Of a stretch of 64,000 nucleotides of DNA, positions 28,480 through 38,319 are shown piece after piece (position 1 is the stretch's first letter; every line of letters begins with the position of its first letter). A program made the translations under genes and the position numbers. This DNA comes from Clostridia bacterium. Lineage in GTDB: Bacteria; Bacillota; Clostridia; Oscillospirales; CAG-272. Under the pieces are notes generated by a model. The model did no database searches. It was not told where the DNA came from and saw nothing but the letters and a program-made list of their open reading frames with translations. The stretch spans positions 7,306-71,305 of the forward strand of contig JAFQEG010000011.1 of assembly GCA_017399145.1 (NCBI GenBank). The letters run 5' to 3'.

Positions 28480-28683
28480 AGCGGTTAGTTTTGCTTTTAT
28501 ACCGATTTGTATTCATCGTAAAATAAAGCCTTCCCCTTGAGGGCACCCTTTAGGGCGTGCCTTGTGCAGAAAGGGGGACCACTTCAACTTAACAATAAAC
28601 AATAGCAAGCCTTGTAAAGTGGTGGATGAGGTGTAGTATAAAGCAGTTAGTTTTGCTTTTGTACCGATTTGTATTCGTCGTAA
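28474..28683. repeat. 48-bp direct repeat (3 mismatches) flanking a REP-like insert
   Basis: GTATAAAGC(G/A)GTTAGTTTTGCTTTT(A/G)TACCGATTTGTATTC(A/G)TCGTAA at 28474-28521 and 28636-28683; middle GCCTTCCCCTTGAGGG..GGATGAGGTG. Confidence 0.85.
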
Positions 28684-28823
28684 TATTTGTAGTACGGGCA
28701 GGTTTGGTTTTTGTTTGTTATGTAGTGAAGATATTCGTCCTCGTCTAGGTTTATTTTGCAGTAGTATTCTTCAAATTCCTCGTCGTAGTCGTAATATTCA
28801 CAGGATTCACAGATGTTTGGCAT
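28647..28823 (-). CDS. Small Cys-rich protein (DUF6472-like)
   Basis: CESCEYYDYDEE..YYC..NLDEDE..CPYY..YDEYK.VQKQN; GAAAGG RBS. Confidence 0.8.
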   Translation of the reverse strand: MPNICESCEYYDYDEEFEEYYCKINLDEDEYLHYITNKNQTCPYYKYYDEYKSVQKQN

Positions 28824-28862
28824 TTTATATCCTTTCAAAAAGAGGTGCAAGCACCTCTTTTT

Positions 28863-30302
28863 TTATTGATTTACTGTATAGGTTGTGCCCTCACGGGTGT
28901 CCTTAATGGTAACGCCCATTTCGGTTAGCTGAGCTCTTATTTCGTCGGCACGGGCAAAGTTTTTCTCCTTCTTTGCGTTTGCTCTTTCCTCGATAAGTGC
29001 TTCAATTTTTGATTTTAACTCAGGGTCAATATCAGCCTGTGGGTTTTCTGCTTCCTTTGGGGCTTGTTGCGAAAATGCCTTTGCACCCTCAACAAGATTT
29101 AATGAAAGCACGTAGTCGATTTGATTAATTGCCTCAAGCTTAGATTTGTCGCTTACCTTAGCCTTTAGTATGTTATAAATGGTAGTTATACCTAGGGCAG
29201 TATTAAGGTCGGAGCCTACAACCTGGATAAATTGCTTTTTGGATTCCTCAACGAAGGCTGTATCAATCTCGCCCTCGTCCTTCAAGGATGCGATTCTGCG
29301 AAGTAGCTTTTCATAGGTTGCTTGAGCTTGGTCAAGGGCAGGGTATGAAAATACAAGTGGCTTTCTATAATGGGATTGCAAGCAGAAAAATCTGTATGCA
29401 ATTGGGTTATAGCCCTTAGACTCAATCAAGGAAACGGTCAAGAAGTCGCCCTTTGACTTACTCATTTTACCTGTTTCGTCGTTTAGGTGATGTACGTGGA
29501 ACCAGTAGTTACACCATTTTTCGCCTGTGTAAGCCTCGCTTTGCGCGATTTCGTTTGTATGGTGTGGGAAAATGTTATCAACACCACCGCAGTGAATATC
29601 AAGCTTTGTGCCTAGGTGCTTCATACAAATAGCAGAGCACTCAATATGCCAACCAGGGTAGCCAACTCCCCATGGGCTATTCCATTTTAACTCTTGGTCG
29701 TCGAACTTTGATTTTGTAAACCAAAGAACAAAGTCACTCTTATTCTTTTTGCTTGTGTCCTCGGTAACGTCATCACGGACACCAACCATTAGCTCCTCTG
29801 GATTGTGGCCTGTTAGTGCGTAATAGTTTTCAACACGTGAGGTGTCAAAATAAACGTTGCCGTCGGCAATATAAGCATAGTCCTTGTCAAGTAAGCCCTG
29901 CACCATTTCGATAAAGCTATCAATACAATGGGTAGCAGGCTCAACAATGTCGGGGTACTTTATGTTTAGCTTTCTGCAATCGCTAAAGAATGCGTCCTTA
30001 TAAAACTCGGCAATTTCCAAAACTGTCTTTTTCTCACGCTTTGCGCCCTTAAGCATTTTGTCCTCGCCAGTGTCGCCATCACTTGATAGGTGACCTACGT
30101 CGGTAATATTCATTACACGGGTAACGTCGTAGCCATAGAAGCGAAGAAATTTTTCAAGCACGTCCTCCATAATGTATGAGCGAAGGTTGCCTATGTGGGC
30201 AAAGTGGTAAACGGTAGGACCACAGGTGTACATTTTTACCTTGCCTTCTTCGTTTGGTACAAATTCGTCAACCTTTTTTGTAAGTGTGTTATATATTTTC
30301 AT
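28863..30302 (-). CDS. cysS: Cysteine--tRNA ligase
   Basis: MYTCGPTVY, HIGN, GYPGWHIECS, DIHCGGVD, FPHHTNE, KMSKS. Confidence 0.97.
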   Translation of the reverse strand: MKIYNTLTKKVDEFVPNEEGKVKMYTCGPTVYHFAHIGNLRSYIMEDVLEKFLRFYGYDVTRVMNITDVGHLSSDGDTGEDKMLKGAKREKKTVLEIAEFYKDAFFSDCRKLNIKYPDIVEPATHCIDSFIEMVQGLLDKDYAYIADGNVYFDTSRVENYYALTGHNPEELMVGVRDDVTEDTSKKNKSDFVLWFTKSKFDDQELKWNSPWGVGYPGWHIECSAICMKHLGTKLDIHCGGVDNIFPHHTNEIAQSEAYTGEKWCNYWFHVHHLNDETGKMSKSKGDFLTVSLIESKGYNPIAYRFFCLQSHYRKPLVFSYPALDQAQATYEKLLRRIASLKDEGEIDTAFVEESKKQFIQVVGSDLNTALGITTIYNILKAKVSDKSKLEAINQIDYVLSLNLVEGAKAFSQQAPKEAENPQADIDPELKSKIEALIEERANAKKEKNFARADEIRAQLTEMGVTIKDTREGTTYTVNQ

Positions 30303-31101
30303 GATTAAAACCTCTGTAATTGATAAAGATAAATATTAACTCGCCAACTGTGATTACAGCCGAGAGAATAAAAACGTAAAGTGGAATACTAACTCCTGCC
30401 ACAAGAAGTGACATTAAATTAAAGGCTAGGTGGAATAGCATGCTTGCAAGAAGGGACCCGGTCCTGAAGTAAATTATACACATTACGGCGCCACAAATTG
30501 TTGCATAGATAAGGCCTATCATTCCGTTGTGCATTAAGCCAAATACTAGGCTACTAAGGATAACTGCCAGCCACGAGGGCATTATCTCTCGCAATTTCTT
30601 TGCAATAAGACCTCTAAAAAGAATTTCCTCGCAAATAGGGGCAACTATACAAACGGCTATTGTCTCAATTGCCCTGTTGCCAATACCAAAGGTGGAATTT
30701 TCCTCAAAGGAGGTAAACCAAGAGCTTGGTGCAAAAAGCTGAAGTAGCATTAAAACAAGATTGATAACAAACATAAAGCTTGCACCGAAAAGTAGCATAT
30801 TATAGCAAAGGGACACACGACAAGGACCTAATTTAACTCGGTCTAGCATGGACACTCCCTTGTGTCTGTACAAAAGACCCATAACCACAACAAAGATAGC
30901 GCCACTTAAGCCACTAACTGCCGTTGCGTAGGGCATAAATAAATCTAAAATCTTTTCCGTTGAAAAGCCGGGGTTAGCAATCGAAAGAGAGGAAACAACA
31001 AACGAGGTAACAATAGTAGTTATTCCGTACCAAATACCGAAATAAACAACGCACTTCAATATTCCTAGCAAAAAGCTACGAATTGTTACATTTTTCTTCA
31101 T
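30289..31101 (-). CDS. CPBP family intramembrane metalloprotease (CAAX/Abi-like)
   Basis: APICEEILFRG, FGLMH, HLAFN motifs; multiple TM helices. Confidence 0.9.
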   Translation of the reverse strand: MKKNVTIRSFLLGILKCVVYFGIWYGITTIVTSFVVSSLSIANPGFSTEKILDLFMPYATAVSGLSGAIFVVVMGLLYRHKGVSMLDRVKLGPCRVSLCYNMLLFGASFMFVINLVLMLLQLFAPSSWFTSFEENSTFGIGNRAIETIAVCIVAPICEEILFRGLIAKKLREIMPSWLAVILSSLVFGLMHNGMIGLIYATICGAVMCIIYFRTGSLLASMLFHLAFNLMSLLVAGVSIPLYVFILSAVITVGELIFIFINYRGFNHENI

Positions 31102-31181
31102 ATTTTCCTCCTTCTTGATATCTTAATTAAATATATTATAAATACTCTAATAAAAAAAGTCAATAAATTTATAAAAAAATA

Positions 31182-31210
31182 TTGCAATTTGGAAAAATGC
31201 GTGTTATAAT
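31182..31210 (+). promoter_or_regulatory. Sigma-A promoter of the rimP-nusA-infB operon
   Basis: TTGCAA-N17-TATAAT with extended -10 TG. Confidence 0.8.
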
Positions 31211-31228
31211 ACAGGTGCATACAAGGGC

Positions 31229-31255
31229 GAGAGAGTGGTTTTCACTCTCTCTTTT
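31229..31255 (+). promoter_or_regulatory. rimP leader hairpin / attenuator
   Basis: GAGAGAGTG-GTTTT-CACTCTCTC-TTTT between promoter and rimP, matching the GAGTG..CACTC leader known upstream of rimP. Confidence 0.7.
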
Positions 31256-31289
31256 ATATGTCAAAAGCGATATAAAAGGAGTGATTTAC

Positions 31290-31751
31290 ATTAAGTCGGC
31301 TAAAAACATTGTAGGCATTGTTTATCCTATTGTTGAGGAGGTTGCATCCTCCCTTGGCTACTCCGTCTGGGACGTGGAATACGTAAAAGAGGGCACTGAG
31401 TGGTTTTTAAGGATTACAATTGATTCAGATGAGGGCATTGGCATTGAGGATTGCGAGAAAATGTCACGTGCAATTGACCCTGTCCTTGACGAAAAGGACC
31501 CTATCGAGGGTTTTTATAGGCTTGAGGTTTCCTCACCCGGACTTGAGAGGGACATAAGGACTGATAAGCATCTTGAGTGGAGTGTTGGTCAGGTTATTGA
31601 GGTTAAGCTTTATGCACCTATTGATGGCTGTAAGCTTGCAAGAGGCACTCTTTATAGCTTTGACTCGGAAAAAATCGTCCTAAAGGACGAGAGTGAAATA
31701 GTTATTCCAAGAAAAAATATTGGAAAAATGAATATCTATTTCGAATTTTAA
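31290..31751 (+). CDS. rimP: Ribosome maturation factor RimP (start uncertain; probably ATT)
   Basis: VEYVKEG..LRITID..GIGIEDCEKMSR..LEVSSPGLER; first gene of the nusA operon. Confidence 0.92.
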   Translation: MKSAKNIVGIVYPIVEEVASSLGYSVWDVEYVKEGTEWFLRITIDSDEGIGIEDCEKMSRAIDPVLDEKDPIEGFYRLEVSSPGLERDIRTDKHLEWSVGQVIEVKLYAPIDGCKLARGTLYSFDSEKIVLKDESEIVIPRKNIGKMNIYFEF

Positions 31752-31788
31752 ATTGTTTATTAAATAAGAAGATAAAAAGGAGACTAAA

Positions 31789-32853
31789 ATGAATAAGGAG
31801 TTTTTTGAGGCACTTAATCTTTTAGAAAAGGAACGTCATATTCCTAAGGCTTACATGATTGAAAAGGTTGAGGCTGCCTTGGCAACAGCTTGTAGAAGAG
31901 AGCTTGGTACTACTAACATTACAGTAGTTATCGACCCTGAGAAGGAAGACGTAAAGGTTTACCGTAAGTACAAAATCGTTGCAGAGGTTGAGGACCCAGC
32001 AACAGAAATTACTAAGGAGCAAATTGAAGAGCTTGAGGCAAAGCAAAAGGCCCTTGGTATTAAGCACAAGGTTCGCTCACGTCGTCGCTCAATCGGTAGT
32101 GACTATGAGTACGAGCTTCACACAAAGGAATTTAGAAGACTTAGCGCACAAAGTGCTAAGCAGGTAATCATTCAAGGTATTCGTGAGGCTGAAAGAAGCT
32201 ATCAGGTTAAGGAATACGAGGATAAGAAGGGCGAAATGCTATCTTGTATCGTTACTAAGGTTGAGGATTCAACAGGTAACGTTGTAGTTGACACAGGTAT
32301 TTCACAGGCTGTTTTGCTAAAGAGTGAGCAAATCCCTGGCGAGGTGCTAAAGGTTGACGATAGAATTAAGGTGTTTGCAACACAGGTAAATTCAGAGGCG
32401 AAGGGTCCTTTGGTTAGCTTGACACGTGTTCATCCATCACTTGTTAAAAGACTTTTTGAGGCTGAGGTGCCTGAAATTGTTGATGGTACAATCACAGTAA
32501 GAGCTATTTCTCGCGAGGCAGGCTCAAGAACAAAGATTTCAGTTCAATCAAGAGACCCTGAGGTTGATGCAGTTGGCTCTTGCATTGGTAACAGAGGCTC
32601 AAGAATTTCTATTGTAGTAGACGAATTAAAGGGCGAAAAGATTGACGTTATTCCATATAGCGATGATATTTGCGAATACGTTAAGAGCGCACTTTCGCCT
32701 GCTACTGTTAAGAGTGTTGAGCTACTTGGAGACAGACAAACAAGAGCTATTGTAGCGCCTGACCAGCTTTCACTTGCTATCGGTAAGATGGGTCAAAACG
32801 TTCGTCTTGCTGCTAAGCTTACAGGCTGTAAGATAGATATTAAGAGCGAGTAA
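31789..32853 (+). CDS. nusA: Transcription termination/antitermination factor NusA
   Basis: AQSAKQVIIQGIREAER, REAGSRTKI, LSLAIGKMGQNVRLAAKLTG. Confidence 0.96.
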   Translation: MNKEFFEALNLLEKERHIPKAYMIEKVEAALATACRRELGTTNITVVIDPEKEDVKVYRKYKIVAEVEDPATEITKEQIEELEAKQKALGIKHKVRSRRRSIGSDYEYELHTKEFRRLSAQSAKQVIIQGIREAERSYQVKEYEDKKGEMLSCIVTKVEDSTGNVVVDTGISQAVLLKSEQIPGEVLKVDDRIKVFATQVNSEAKGPLVSLTRVHPSLVKRLFEAEVPEIVDGTITVRAISREAGSRTKISVQSRDPEVDAVGSCIGNRGSRISIVVDELKGEKIDVIPYSDDICEYVKSALSPATVKSVELLGDRQTRAIVAPDQLSLAIGKMGQNVRLAAKLTGCKIDIKSE

Positions 32854-32896
32854 TCGCTTGCCAATTCAAGGCTTTGCCTTGAAAAAGGGGGATAAG

Positions 32897-33172
32897 ATGG
32901 AAAATAAGGTTAAGAAGGTTCCCATGCGCAAATGCTTAGGCTGTATGAATTCCTTTCCTAAAAAGGAGCTTGTTCGTGTGGTTAGAACACCAGAGGGACA
33001 GGTTGTGCTTGATAAAACAGGCAAGCAAAACGGAAGAGGTGCATATATTTGCAAATGCAAGGAATGTCTTAAGAAGGCTATAAAATCAAAGAGAATAGGC
33101 CGTAGCTTAGAGGTTGAAATTCCCACCGAGCTAGAAGAGGCACTTCAAAGGGAGCTTGAGGAAATTGACTGA
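32897..33172 (+). CDS. ylxR: YlxR/RnpM family RNA-binding protein
   Basis: PMRKCLGC..KKELVRVVR..GRGAYIC; operon position. Confidence 0.92.
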   Translation: MENKVKKVPMRKCLGCMNSFPKKELVRVVRTPEGQVVLDKTGKQNGRGAYICKCKECLKKAIKSKRIGRSLEVEIPTELEEALQRELEEID

Positions 33173-33476
33173 TAAATTCTTATTTATGCTAGGACTTGCA
33201 AGAAAGGCAGGGTCCGTTATAATTGGCACTGAGCTAGTGACTAAGAATCTCGCTAGCGGGAAAATTAAGCTGGTTATATATACACAAAATTCTTCTGCTA
33301 ATACTGAAAAAAAGGTTACCGACAAGTGTAGGTTTTACGGTGTAGAGTGTGTTAAGATAGCTCACGATTCAGACACCATAAGCCACGCAGTTGGAAAAAG
33401 TGGAAGCGTGTGTGTGCTAGGCATAACTAACGAAAGCTTTTCTACACAGCTTAAATCCCTTATACTTAACATTTAA
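33156..33476 (+). CDS. L7Ae/YlxQ family ribosome-associated protein
   Basis: LGLARKAG..IG, SANTEKK, ISHAVGK; between ylxR and infB. Confidence 0.9.
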   Translation: MRKLTDKFLFMLGLARKAGSVIIGTELVTKNLASGKIKLVIYTQNSSANTEKKVTDKCRFYGVECVKIAHDSDTISHAVGKSGSVCVLGITNESFSTQLKSLILNI

Positions 33477-33494
33477 AGAAACGAGGTATAGTAT

Positions 33495-36272
33495 ATGGCA
33501 CGTATTAAAGACTTTGCAAAGGACTTAGGTCTTGATATAAAGGATGCTCTTGCTCTTATCGAAAAATATGGACTTGGACAAAAGCAACAGGCTGGAAATA
33601 TTGAGGACGAGGAAATCGGAATATTTCTTAGCAAATACACATTTGAGAATCAAGCAACAGGCTTGATGGAAAAGTATCTTCTAGGTGAGCTTACTATTGG
33701 TGGCAAGAAAAAGGCGATCAAGAAGGAAGAGCCAAAGCCAGAGGTTAAGGTTGAGCCTAAGGCTGAAAAGAAGGAAGAAAAGAAGCCTGAGCCAAAGGTT
33801 GAAAAGAAGGAAGAGCCTAAGGCCGAGGTTAAGGCTGAGCCAAAGCCAGAAAAGAAGGAAGAGCCTAAGGCTGAGGTTAAGGCTGAAAAGAAGGAAGAGC
33901 CAAAGCCAGAGGTTAAGGTTGAAAAGAAGGAAGAGCCTAAGGTTGAGGTTAAGGTTGAAATTAAGGCTGAAAAGAAGCCTGAGCCTAAATTTGACAATAA
34001 GTTCGAGAAAAAGCCTGAAAGACAGGACAATCAAAGACAAGGTGGAAATCAACAATTCCCACAAAAGAATGGCTTTGAAAAGAAATTTGACAACAATAAC
34101 AAATTCGACAATAAGAGAAACGACGGCAAATTCGAAAACAAGTTCGAAAAGAAGTTTGACAACAATAACAAATTCGACAATAAAAAGAATAACAATAATT
34201 TCGGCTTCGGCAAGGACGAGGGCGAAAAGAAAACCTACAACGTTATGCCTAAGACTAAAAAGCCTGAAAGCAACGTTGTTGAGATTAAGACAAAGACAGG
34301 CGCAACTCGTCTAGTTGATACTCGTTCATCTAACGTAAATCTTTCTAAGTATGACGAAAAGTTTGATGCTTACGAGGAAGAGAATGAAAGACTAAAGGGT
34401 GGCAGTGGCAACCGTCAAAAGCTAAAGAAGCAAAACAACAAGGATAACTTCGGTACAAAGAAGGAAAAAGAGCGTCTAGCTATGGAAAAGCTTAAGAGAG
34501 AGGCTTTTGAAAAGGCTAAGAATACTCAGCTTTCTGTAACAGTGCCTGATGAAATTACCGTTGGCGAGCTTGCTACAAAATTTAAGGTTAACTCTGGTGA
34601 GATTATCAAGAAGCTTATGCTTATGGGCGTTATGGCATCTGTTAACCAAACAGTTGACTACGATACTGCTTACCTAATCGGTGACGAGCTTGGTATTAAG
34701 GTTTCTAAAGAGGTTGTAGTTACAATTGAGGAAAAGCTATTCGAGGAAATCGAGGACGCACCAGAATCACTTAAGGAAAGAGCTCCTGTTGTTTGCGTTA
34801 TGGGTCACGTTGACCATGGTAAAACCTCACTTCTTGATGCAATTAGACATACTCACGTTACAACCGGTGAGGCTGGTGGTATTACTCAGCATATCGGTGC
34901 TTACAGAGTAAATATTAATGGTAAGGACATTACCTTCCTTGATACCCCAGGTCACGAGGCATTTACTGCTATGCGTCTTCGTGGTGCTATGGCAACTGAT
35001 ATTGCTATTATCGTTGTTGCAGCAGATGACGGAATTATGCCTCAAACAGTTGAGGCTATCAACCATGCTAAGGCTGCAGGCGTTGATATCGTTGTTGCTA
35101 TCAATAAGATGGATAAGCCAACTGCAAATCCTGAGAATATTAAGCAGGAATTGACAAAGTACGACCTTGTTCCCGAGGAATGGGGTGGCGATATTATGTG
35201 TATTCCTGTATCTGCACACACAAAGATGGGTATTGATGACCTTCTTGAAAGTGTATTGCTTATTGCCGAGGTTAAGGAGCTTAAGGCAAATCCAAATAGA
35301 CTTGCTAAGGGTATTGTTATCGAGGCTAAGCTTGATAAGGGAAGAGGACCTGTTGCTACAATCCTTGTTCAAAATGGTACACTTAAGTCCGGTGACGTTG
35401 TTATTGCAGGTACTGCAGTAGGTCACGTAAGAGCGATGACTGACCACAATGGTAAGTCACTTAAGCTTGCTGGTCCATCTGTACCTGTTGAAATTACCGG
35501 TCTTTCCGAGGTTCCACAGGCAGGTGACGAGTTCAATGCCGTTAAGGACGAAAAGATGGCAAGAGAATTGGCTGAGCAAAGAAAGGCTAAGGCTAAGGAA
35601 GAGGTATTCAAGGCTAATGCTAAGGTTAACCTTGACGACCTATTTGCTCAAATTAGCGATGGTGCTAAGGAAATTAGCATAATCGTTAAGGCAGACGTGG
35701 GTGGAAGTGCAGAGGCTGTTAAGGCTTCGCTTGTTAAGCTTTCTAACCCTGAGGTTAAGGTTAGCGTAATCCATACTGCCGTTGGTGGTATTACCGAGGG
35801 TGACGTTATGCTTGCAGCAGCATCAAATGCTATTATTGTTGGTTTTAACGTACGTCCTGACAAGAGCGCTATCGACTCTGCCGAAAGACAAGGCGTTGAT
35901 ATTAGAACTCATAGAATTATCTATGAAATTATAGAAGAAATTGAAGCTGCCATGAAGGGTATGCTAGCACCTACCTATAAGGAGGTAATCAATGGTCACG
36001 CAGAGGTGCGTCAAACTATTAGAGTACCAGGTGTGGGCACAATCGCAGGTAGCTACGTACAAGACGGTAAGATTACAAGAACATCCCTAATAAGAATCAT
36101 TCGTGACGGTGTGGTAATTGCAGAAGACAAGATTTCTTCATTGAAGAGATTCAAGGACGATGCAAAGGAAGTAGCAAGCGGTTACGAGTGTGGCGTTGGC
36201 TTAGATAAGTTTAATGACATTAAGGAAGGGGATATACTAGAAGCTTACGAAATGCAAGAGGTTGCGAGATAA
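33495..36272 (+). CDS. infB: Translation initiation factor IF-2
   Basis: [44 protein letters not shown]. Confidence 0.98.
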   Translation: MARIKDFAKDLGLDIKDALALIEKYGLGQKQQAGNIEDEEIGIFLSKYTFENQATGLMEKYLLGELTIGGKKKAIKKEEPKPEVKVEPKAEKKEEKKPEPKVEKKEEPKAEVKAEPKPEKKEEPKAEVKAEKKEEPKPEVKVEKKEEPKVEVKVEIKAEKKPEPKFDNKFEKKPERQDNQRQGGNQQFPQKNGFEKKFDNNNKFDNKRNDGKFENKFEKKFDNNNKFDNKKNNNNFGFGKDEGEKKTYNVMPKTKKPESNVVEIKTKTGATRLVDTRSSNVNLSKYDEKFDAYEEENERLKGGSGNRQKLKKQNNKDNFGTKKEKERLAMEKLKREAFEKAKNTQLSVTVPDEITVGELATKFKVNSGEIIKKLMLMGVMASVNQTVDYDTAYLIGDELGIKVSKEVVVTIEEKLFEEIEDAPESLKERAPVVCVMGHVDHGKTSLLDAIRHTHVTTGEAGGITQHIGAYRVNINGKDITFLDTPGHEAFTAMRLRGAMATDIAIIVVAADDGIMPQTVEAINHAKAAGVDIVVAINKMDKPTANPENIKQELTKYDLVPEEWGGDIMCIPVSAHTKMGIDDLLESVLLIAEVKELKANPNRLAKGIVIEAKLDKGRGPVATILVQNGTLKSGDVVIAGTAVGHVRAMTDHNGKSLKLAGPSVPVEITGLSEVPQAGDEFNAVKDEKMARELAEQRKAKAKEEVFKANAKVNLDDLFAQISDGAKEISIIVKADVGGSAEAVKASLVKLSNPEVKVSVIHTAVGGITEGDVMLAAASNAIIVGFNVRPDKSAIDSAERQGVDIRTHRIIYEIIEEIEAAMKGMLAPTYKEVINGHAEVRQTIRVPGVGTIAGSYVQDGKITRTSLIRIIRDGVVIAEDKISSLKRFKDDAKEVASGYECGVGLDKFNDIKEGDILEAYEMQEVAR
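33720..34200 (+). repeat. Coding tandem repeats in the IF-2 N-terminus (KKEEPK[P/A]EVK[V/A]E; [15 protein letters not shown])
   Basis: Repeated AAGAAGGAAGAGCC..GAGGTTAAGG units and duplicated TTTGACAACAATAACAAATTCGACAATAA. Confidence 0.85.
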
Positions 36273-36440
36273 CGCAATAAACTTCGAAATGTGTCGTTGC
36301 TCCGCACCCACAACCTCGACGTACGCAAAGTACGTCATCATCTGTCAGCTCCGGTGCGCCGTGGGAGGGGTTCCCCGAAAGCTCAACGAGGTTTTGGGGG
36401 TTCACGAGAATTTCTTGATTCTTGTTCATCTCGCCGTTAG
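36264..36440. repeat. REP/MITE-like element directly after infB
   Basis: GCGAGATAAC..GTTCATCTCGC inverted ends, ACGTAC-GCAAA-GTACGT hairpin, GGGGTTCCCCGAAAGC..TTTTGGGGGTT shared with 5858-5894. Confidence 0.5.
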
Positions 36441-36445
36441 GTAAT

Positions 36446-36480
36446 AAAAAAGCTCGACTTTTAACGAGGTCGAGCTTTTT
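36446..36480 (+). terminator. Intrinsic terminator of the infB operon
   Basis: AAAAAGCTCGACTT..GAGGTCGAGCTTTTT. Confidence 0.8.
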
Positions 36481-36526
36481 ATATCTGCGACGGAATAAGT
36501 GCGATTTGTCATAAAGAGCCGTAACG

Positions 36527-36566
36527 AAAATGGTCAAGGACCTCTTGAGTCCTTGACCATTTTTTT
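36527..36566 (-). terminator. Intrinsic terminator of the xylAB-LRR transcript
   Basis: AAAATGGTCAAGGAC..GTCCTTGACCATTTTTTT. Confidence 0.8.
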
Positions 36567-36574
36567 ATTGTTAA

Positions 36575-38302
36575 TTATACCAAAGATGGTGTAAAGAAAA
36601 TTGCAGAATCGCTAGATGATTGGTTATGCAAATAGAGTATATTGCCGTCAACTATTAGGTAAGCACAGCAATAAAGCTGAATGTTTGGGAATGCGGTAAG
36701 TCCCGTGACTTTCATTTCAAAGATATCGAAATCCTTGTCTGAAAAATCAACGGTTGCTACCTTACTAAGGAATTTGCCGTTTTCTTTGTCGTAAAGAGTG
36801 CCCTCGAATTTACCCGCGGTGCTCTCGTCGGTTGAGTCAACCTTTTCAACTGCTGCAAGTAAGCCAAAGCTGATTTTACCGAAAAGCTCCTCGTATTCAT
36901 CAATTAAGTCCTTGGTTACAACGAAGGATTGCATAATGCTTCCGTTATAGCTTGATGCTGAGAAGCCACGGAAGCTAAACAGTGGAGCAAGTGTGGAAAC
37001 GGGAACCTGCTTTCCACATTGTTCTCTTGTGCAAAGCTGACCGAGCGAGCAGGTGCTTACAAATTTATCCCCAACAAAGGTAGGAACGATTTCTTCTGTA
37101 AAATCATGACCGTCGTAAAGTGTTTCACAGTAAGGACAGTTGTAAACGAGTAAGCATTTTCCGCTAAAGGTTTTACCTGCAGGCACGGTGCCGTTTGTCT
37201 TGTATGCTACGTATTCATCATAGGTACAAGGGGTTGCAGTTGAAAAATAACCATTGTCAGTTGTTGTTGAAGCAAAGTTGACAAGGTCTTGGTAATTATC
37301 GCCGGCATAGAAAAGTACACCGGAGCCTGAGCCGTTTAGCTTAAGCATAGAAAGATAAAAAACTCCATTTCCCATAGAGGTTATGTTGGACATGGAAATA
37401 GATGATAGCTTGGAACAATTGTTAAACATTTTGTTTCCAATGACCGAGCAACGAATACGCACGGATTCGAGAGATTTGCAATTCTCAAAAACCTGTGAAT
37501 CGATAGACGTAACGCTTGCAGGAATATCAACAGATGTTAATCCGGCTTGGTAAAATACGAATTGTGCGAGAGTTGTCAAGGTTTCAGGAAGCGTAATTGA
37601 TTTAAGGGAAGAGCAGTTTTTAAATGCTCTTAATCCTAAGGTTACAAGTCTATCTCCACCTGTGAACGAGGAAAGGGATGTGCAACCATCAAAACAGCTT
37701 TCCTCAATTGTAGTTAAGTAGTTTGAATATCTAACCGATACAAGAGCTGTGCAATTTTGAAATGCTTTTGTAGAACTAAATTCGGTTAATGAGTCGGGGA
37801 GAATTATTTCTTCTATCGACGTATTTTGATAAAACGAATAATCACCGATTGTAGTAACACCTTGTGGAATCTTTACGTAAACGGTCTTGTCAATGCCATC
37901 TGTTACTTTGAAGTTTCTGTCCTCCATTGAGGTAAAGCCAACAGGGACTTCGAGTTTGTAAACGCTACTGTAATCGTAGGAAATGCCTGTTGCAGATTTC
38001 AAAGCAGTAAAATCAAGCTCTGATCTCTTTGAGGAAAAAACCGTATCTGTACATTTTAAAATGTAGTAGGCAGGATAGGTTGTGTAAATGGTTGTGGTTT
38101 CTTGAGTATCGGGGTCGGTAACCGTATGCTTTAGCATAACGCGAGAGGTTGTGTCGAAGGTAACGGTGCCGTCGGTTGTGGTTTTAGGAGAAAATCCTAA
38201 ATCCTGAGTTTCTGTCCACTCTAAAACCTCTGCGCTTGCAGTAATTGCAAACGCACAAAGAAAGCAAGAGAGAACGAGTGTGAAAAGTAAAAGCTTTTTC
38301 AT
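36575..38302 (-). CDS. Secreted BspA-type LRR_5 protein
   Basis: Signal peptide ending ASA; central LRR_5 repeats; Cys/His motif and beta-rich C-terminal domain; AAGGAG RBS before ATG 38302. Confidence 0.85.
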   Translation of the reverse strand: MKKLLLFTLVLSCFLCAFAITASAEVLEWTETQDLGFSPKTTTDGTVTFDTTSRVMLKHTVTDPDTQETTTIYTTYPAYYILKCTDTVFSSKRSELDFTALKSATGISYDYSSVYKLEVPVGFTSMEDRNFKVTDGIDKTVYVKIPQGVTTIGDYSFYQNTSIEEIILPDSLTEFSSTKAFQNCTALVSVRYSNYLTTIEESCFDGCTSLSSFTGGDRLVTLGLRAFKNCSSLKSITLPETLTTLAQFVFYQAGLTSVDIPASVTSIDSQVFENCKSLESVRIRCSVIGNKMFNNCSKLSSISMSNITSMGNGVFYLSMLKLNGSGSGVLFYAGDNYQDLVNFASTTTDNGYFSTATPCTYDEYVAYKTNGTVPAGKTFSGKCLLVYNCPYCETLYDGHDFTEEIVPTFVGDKFVSTCSLGQLCTREQCGKQVPVSTLAPLFSFRGFSASSYNGSIMQSFVVTKDLIDEYEELFGKISFGLLAAVEKVDSTDESTAGKFEGTLYDKENGKFLSKVATVDFSDKDFDIFEMKVTGLTAFPNIQLYCCAYLIVDGNILYLHNQSSSDSAIFFTPSLV

Positions 38303-38319
38303 TTTATTCTCCTTTTTCA

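Noticed and set aside
33650-34314. Arg/Leu-rich and Ser/Phe-rich alternative-frame ORFs
   Set aside because: They are shadow frames of the IF-2 low-complexity repeats
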